A stretch of 64,000 nt of DNA from an uncultured bacterium (GTDB taxonomy: Bacteria; Verrucomicrobiota; Kiritimatiellia; PWTM01), in NCBI GenBank assembly GCA_963744655.1, contig CAVUUJ010000002.1, forward strand, positions 27,580 to 91,579, read 5' to 3'. The translations under genes were made by a program, and so were the position numbers. A model generated the notes under the pieces. The model was not told the origin of the DNA, did not search any database, and was given only the letters and a program-made list of their open reading frames with translations. Positions 55,701 through 64,000 of the stretch are shown in pieces; position 1 is the stretch's first letter; each line of letters starts with the position of its first letter.

Positions 55701-58700
55701 CGACGCGGGCCGCGCCTACATCGAGATCGAGCACCGCGGCAAGGTGCTGAAGGCGTTCTGGACCGCGGCCGGCCGCACCCAGGAGGTCGTGGAGCACGAG
55801 GTCACCGAGGGAATGCGCGGCGGCTTCACCTTCCGCGTCACGCTACGTCCGCGAGAACCGCGCCTACGTGACGCAGCAGCAGGTCGACGTGCCCTGGAGC
55901 AACAAGAAGCTCGAGGTGAAGTGGGAGCGCTTCGTCTCCAAGCTCGAGCCGGGCCGGAAGGAAACGTGGACGGCCGTGATCAGCGGGCCGGACGCGCAGC
56001 GCGCCGTGGCCGAGATGGTCGCCGGGCTCTACGACGCGTCGCTCGACGCGTACCTGCCGCACGCGTGGATGTCCGCGATCGACGTGTTCCGCCGCGACGC
56101 CTCGTCGCTCAACTGCCAGTTCGAGAACCGCCCGGAGACCTTCAGCCGCCGCGGGCGCTGGCCGGTCGACCGGAAGCCGGCCGTCGCCACCTACCGGTCG
56201 TTCCCCGGGGACCTGACGGCCAACCTCTGGGGCTACGGCTTCTTCGGGGGCGGACGCGGCGGCCCCGGCATGGGGCTGCAGCGCGGCATGGTGATGATGG
56301 ACGCGGCCGCCGTGGAGGCCGCGGACATGCCCGCCGCGCCGGGGGCCATGCGCCGGGCGGGCGCGGAGGGGGCGTTGGCCGCCAACGCCCTCGGCGCCGG
56401 GGGCGACGGGCAGGCCTACCGGAAGGCCGGGGACAAGGCGGGCGCGGGCGGCGGGGAGCCGCCGGCCCCCGACCTGAGCAAGGTATCGGCCCGCAAGAAC
56501 CTGCAGGAAACGGCCTTCTTCTTCCCCCACCTCGTCTCCGACGCCGAGGGCATCGTGAGGATGGAGTTCACGATGCCCGAGGCGCTGACGGAGTGGAAGT
56601 TCATGGGCTTCGCGCACGACCGCGACCTCCGGAGCGGGTTCCTGCAGGACACGGCGGTTACCGCCAAGGACCTGATGGTGGAGCCGAACCCGCCGCGCTT
56701 CCTGCGCGAAGGCGACGAAGTGGAGTTCACCGTCAAGGTGTCCAACCAGTCCCCGGCCGCGCAGAAGGGCACGGTGCGGCTGGCCTTCGCGGACGCCCGG
56801 ACGCTCGCGCCCGCCGATGCGGCGCTCGGTCTCGAAGCGCCCGACCGGGCCTTCGACATCCCCTCGAAGGAGTCGCAGACCTTCGCGTGGCGCATCCGCG
56901 TGCCCGACGGCGTGGGGTTCCTGTCGTACAAGGCCGTCGGCTCGACGGGGCGGCTGTCCGACGGGGAGGAGGGCTTCCTGCCCGTGCTGAGCCGCCGGAT
57001 CCTCGTGACCGAGTCGCTGCCCCTGCCGATGCGCGGGAAGCAGACGAAGGACTTCCGGTTCGACAAGCTGGCCGCGTCGGGCGGGTCGGACACGCTCCGG
57101 CACCAGGGCCTGACCGTGCAGATGGTCTCGCAGCCCGCCTGGTACGCGGTCATGGCCCTGCCCTACCTCATGGAGTACCCGTACGCGTGCGTGGAGCAGA
57201 CGTTCAACCGGCTCTACGCCAACGCGCTCGCCCGGCACATCGCGGCCTCCGACCCGAAGATCCGCCGCGTCTTCGACCAGTGGAAGGGCACCGACGCGCT
57301 CGACAGCCCGCTGGAGAAGAACGAGGACCTGAAGGCGGTCCTGCTCGAGGAGACGCCCTGGCTGCGCCAGGCGGAGGACGAGAGCGCCGCCCGCCGCAAC
57401 GTCGGCATCCTCTTCGACGAGAACCGGCTGAACGACGAGACCGCGCGCCTGCTCGGCAAGCTGGCCGACCAGCAGCTGGGCGACGGCCGGTGGCCCTGGT
57501 TCCCGGGCGGCCCGCCGAACGACTACATCACGCTGTACATCGTGACCGGGTTCGGCCGCCTGCGGCACCTCGGCGTCAAGCCGCTCGACGTCGGCTGCGC
57601 GGTCCGGGCGCTCGAGCGCCTGGACGCGTGGGTGGACGAGCGCTACCGCGACATCCTCAAGCACGGCCGCAAGGACGACCACCACCTCTCGCCGACGATC
57701 GCGTTCTACCTCTACGGCCGGTCAGCTTCTTCCTCGACGACCGGGCGATCGACGCCGGCGCACCGCGAGGCGGTGGACTACTTCCTCGGCAAGGCGAAGC
57801 GCCACTGGCTCCGGCTCGACAACCGCCAGTCGCAGGGACACCTCGCCGTCGCGCTCAAGCGGTTCGGCGACGCCGAAACGGCCCGGGCCATCATGGCCTC
57901 GATCAAGGAGCGGTCCGTCTCGAACGAGGAGATGGGCATGTTCTGGCGGGACACCGAGCTGTCGTGGTGGTGGTACCGCGCCCCGATCGAGACGCAGGCC
58001 ATGATGATCGAGGCCTTCGACGAGGTCCTGGCCGACTCGCAGGCGGTCGAGGACTGCAAGGTGTGGCTGCTCAAGCAGAAGCAGACGCAGGACTGGAAGA
58101 CCACGAAGGCGACGGCCGACGCGGTCTACGGGCTGCTCCTGCGCGGCACGGACCTGCTCGCGTCGGACGCGCTGGTCGAGGTGTCGCTCGGCGGCGAAAC
58201 CATCCGGCCGGAGAAGGTCGAGGCGGGCACAGGCTTCTACGAGCACCGGTTCGCGCGCGGCGAGATCAAGCCGGCGCAGGCCGCGGTGCGCGTCACCAAG
58301 ACCGACGACGGCGTGTCCTGGGGCAGCGTGCACTGGCAGTACCTCGAGGACGTGGCCAAGGTCACGCCCCACGAGGGCACGCCGCTCCGGCTGAAGAAGG
58401 CCCTGTTCGTGAAGGCGTACACGCCGCGGGGCCCGGAGCTGAAACCGGTGACGGGCCCGCTCGCCGTGGGGGACGAGCTGGTGGTACGCATCGAGCTGCG
58501 CACCGACCGCGACATGGAGTACGTGCACCTCAAGGACCAGCGCGGCAGCGGGACCGAACCGGTCGACGTGCTCTCGCAATACCGCTACCAGGACGGGCTC
58601 GCGTACTACGCGAGCACGAGGGACACGGCCAGCCACTACTTCATCGACTACCTGCCGAAGGGCGTCTACGTGTTCGAGTACTCCGTGCGTGTGCAACTGC

Positions 58701-58795
58701 GCGGCGCGTACCAGAGCGGCATCGCCGAGATCCAGTGCCTGTACGCGCCGGAGTTCAACAGCCACTCGGAGAGCTTCGCGCTGGAGGTGCGCTGA
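52741..58795 (+). pseudogene. Bacterial alpha-2-macroglobulin-family protein (about 2000 aa) with a thioester motif; the N-terminal half is frameshifted
   Basis: GTG after AGGAGG, signal/lipoprotein-like start MKKRHPVAVALLVSFALALAASAA. MG-domain-like blocks appear in shifting frames up to about 55.85 kb (about nine frame changes). An intact 975-aa frame follows (55868..58795) containing YLMEYPYACVEQTFNRLY (CxEQ thioester) and the receptor-binding-like C-terminus. Confidence 0.8.
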
Positions 58796-59011
58796 GCCGG
58801 GGGAGGCCGGGCGGACCGGACACGCCTCGGTCCCGCGCGCGGCGAAGGGCCAGAACGTGGGGATCCGGGTGCCCGGCCACGTGCGCGAGCACGACAGGGT
58901 GTTCAAGGTCACGGACTGAGCCGCCGCCGCGCCCGCCCGGGAGAAGGCGGCCGGCAGGCCGGTCCCCGCGGGCCCGTCCCGCCCGGCGCGCCCGCCCCCC
59001 CGCCCGCGGCC

Positions 59012-62114
<3,103 letters not shown>

Positions 62115-62121
<7 letters not shown>

Positions 62122-63890
62122 GACGCCGCGGGCGCCCGGCCGGCGACGCCCCGCCCGCAGCCCGGGAACCGCGGCGGCACGAGCAGCCGCACCGCCGCCA
62201 CCACCGGATGCACGGCGTAGAGCAGGGGCAGCAGCGCGCGGCTCCTCACGCGGTAGAAACCGGCCAGGGCCTCCGGCCCCGGCGCGAAGACGGCCGCCAG
62301 CGAGGAAAGCCGCGCCGGACGAAAACCCAGCCGGCTCATGCGCAGCCCGTGCCGCGCGCGACGTCGCGCGGCGGGCGGGGGTCGGACCGCCGCCACCGCG
62401 TCGAGGCCCAGGCGGGCGAGCGCCGCGCCGGCGCCGGCGCCGGGGGCCAGCCGCTCCGCGAGCGACAGCACCTCGGCCACCGGTCGCGCCACGTTCCAGG
62501 CCCGCACGCGCGCGCCGAGCGCCGCCCAGTCCCCTTCCGCCCCGCCGCGGTCCGGAACCGCCTGCGACGCGAGAACCGCGTCCAGCACCCACAGCCACCG
62601 CACGCCGCTTCCGGGACCGCAGAACCACGCGGCCCCCTCCCCCCGGCGCAACGCCGCACGGAGGCCCAGGGCGTGTTTGGCGACGTGCAGCAGCAGGCAG
62701 AGCCAGGCGTCGTCGGGCCGCAGGGTGGCGAATGCGCCGCGGGCGGTCGCCACGTGCACCGCCCGCCCGAGCAGGCCGTCGACCTCGTCGGGACCGATCC
62801 GGTAGAGGTTCGCCCGGTCCACGGGACACCAGTGCAGTTCCAGCGTGGGGAGACCGGGCTCGGCGGGCCGCAGGGGGAGGTGAAAATGGAAAAGTTTCGT
62901 GAAGGCCGCGGCGGCGCCCCGGGGGACGGGCGCGTAGCCGAGGGCGGCCAGGACGCGCACGGCCCGGTCCGCGTCGCGGGGCCGTACCAGCACGTCGAGG
63001 TCGTCGTAGGGACGGGGAAAGCGATCCCGGTAGAGGCGCTCGTACAACGCGGGCCCCTTCCACACCGCGTGCGACACACCCGCGCCGGTCAGCGACCGCG
63101 AGACGTGGACGGCCTCCCCCAGCGCCCGCTCGTGCCAGAGCGCGGCGGCCACGGCCGCGTCACGCAGGGCGGCCCGCGCCTCCTCGGACCCCGCGTCGAG
63201 GAGGACCGAGGCCGGCAGCAGGCCGTGCCGCTCGAGCAGGGCCGCCTCCTGCCAGCGCAGTCCCGCGGCCACCCGCTCCGCCCGGCCGCCCGGCCGCGGG
63301 CCGGCCGCCGTCTGCAGCACCGTCTGCGCGACGGACACCGACGCGCGCGCCGCTTCCTCCCCCTCGAAGCCGTGGGCGGAGAGGAAGACGCGCAGGACCG
63401 CGCGGCGCAGGACGGCCGGCACGGCCGCGAGCATTCGTGCCGCGCGCCACGGCCATGCGCGGTCGCGGCACGGGCCGAAAAGTCGCGTGAAGGCCTCGGC
63501 CGCGTCGGCCTCGCGGCGTGCCAGCGCCGTCAGCCAGCGGATCCGACGCGATGACGTATCCGCGGCCAGGTTCCTCCAGCCGTCGCCGATGGCCACGGCC
63601 AGGGCACGGCCCTCCACCGCGCCCGCGTCCACCCAGCGGGCGCGCGGTTCGTTGTCGCCCTTCTCCCTCAACCGCACGTCCGGACCCTCGCCCCGGAGGT
63701 CGATCACCCGGTGGGCCAGCAGGCGGCCGGCGCCGCGGATCACGGCGAGTTCACCCACCCGCACGGCCGCGGCCCCGGCCGGCTCGAAGAGCAACACGTC
63801 GCCCTCGCGCACGAGCGGCAGCATGCTGCGGCCGCGCGTTCTCAGCATCGACGGCCAGGCCCGTCTCGAAGGCTCGCGGGGAGGACTCAC
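62115..63890 (-). CDS. Fusion of an S24/S26-type peptidase-like N-domain with an uncharacterised nucleotidyltransferase (NTP_transf_5-like) domain
   Basis: 591 aa. N-terminus GRSMLPLVREGDVLLFEP...LAHRVIDL...REKGDN (Ser-nucleophile SMxP pattern). C-terminal half ...HAVWKGPALYERLYRDRFPRPYDDLDVLVRPRDADRAVRVLAALGY...LELHW... The GTG start overlaps the stop of the upstream ORF. Confidence 0.6.
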
Positions 63891-64000
63891 CGCATCGCCT
63901 CCAGCGCCTCGACCGTCGGCTCCAGGCGACCGGGACGCAGCCGGTGGAAAGCCACCCCCCTCGTGGCGCGCGCCACGGCCTCCACGAGGCGCACGACCCG
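63887..64000 (-). CDS. 3' end of a small ORF running off the right edge, possibly a PqqD-like RiPP-recognition protein
   Basis: The reverse complement reads ...RVVRLVEAVARATRGVAFHRLRPGRLEPTVEALEAMR*. The stop TGA overlaps the GTG of the next gene (translational coupling). The identity is a guess from context and C-terminal helix character. Confidence 0.3.
   Translation of the reverse strand, partial: RVVRLVEAVARATRGVAFHRLRPGRLEPTVEALEAMR

Overview
The window is a high-GC (about 70% by eye) chromosomal segment from a diderm bacterium, judging by TolC, lipoproteins with lipoboxes and an outer-membrane-barrel-like protein. I can support about 50 protein genes, 3 tRNA genes, one TPP riboswitch with a terminator, and two ArsR-type operators.

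Gene content, left to right:
- tRNA-Leu.
- A GH38 mannosidase and PfkB kinase operon, divergent from a six-hairpin glycosidase-like gene.
- A YyaL-type thioredoxin-domain gene.
- Two ArsR-controlled modules: arsR-arsC-acr3, and arsR-permease-small thioredoxin.
- mfd, tRNA-Val, tag and a sulfatase.
- A TPP-riboswitch operon: PnuC-type transporter, barrel protein, NadR-like kinase.
- A C1 cluster: MetF/MTHFR_C/pterin-binding fusion, fhs, homocysteine-binding domain protein.
- tdh-kbl, sugar-isomerase/dehydrogenase-like genes, and a tolC-macA-macB operon.
- An aldo/keto reductase with an Fe-S module, a HAD hydrolase and glgB.
- The tRNA-Tyr locus, then kdgK-eda, a TolB-like lipoprotein, and a VIT-VWA protein next to a roughly 2000-aa alpha-2-macroglobulin-like gene.
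- pgi, then a DUF62 SAM-hydrolase / ICMT-like / peptidase-nucleotidyltransferase / PqqD-like group cut by the right edge.

The most unusual structure is at 44.1-45.7 kb. An intact tRNA-Tyr(GUA) is followed by a 413-bp cassette repeated head to tail about 3.6 times. Each cassette carries the tRNA-Tyr 3' half, starting exactly at anticodon base A36, plus a 95-codon GIY-YIG nuclease ORF. Each ORF ends in a short tRNA-anticodon-arm-like fragment and a 30-nt twin hairpin. No integrase, transposase or reverse transcriptase is present. A lower-GC block follows the array.

A second pervasive feature is that about ten genes, most of them conserved housekeeping genes, are broken by dense single-base frameshifts while long neighbours are intact. 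I read this as more likely a consensus or polishing artefact than real decay. All pseudogene calls below carry that caveat.
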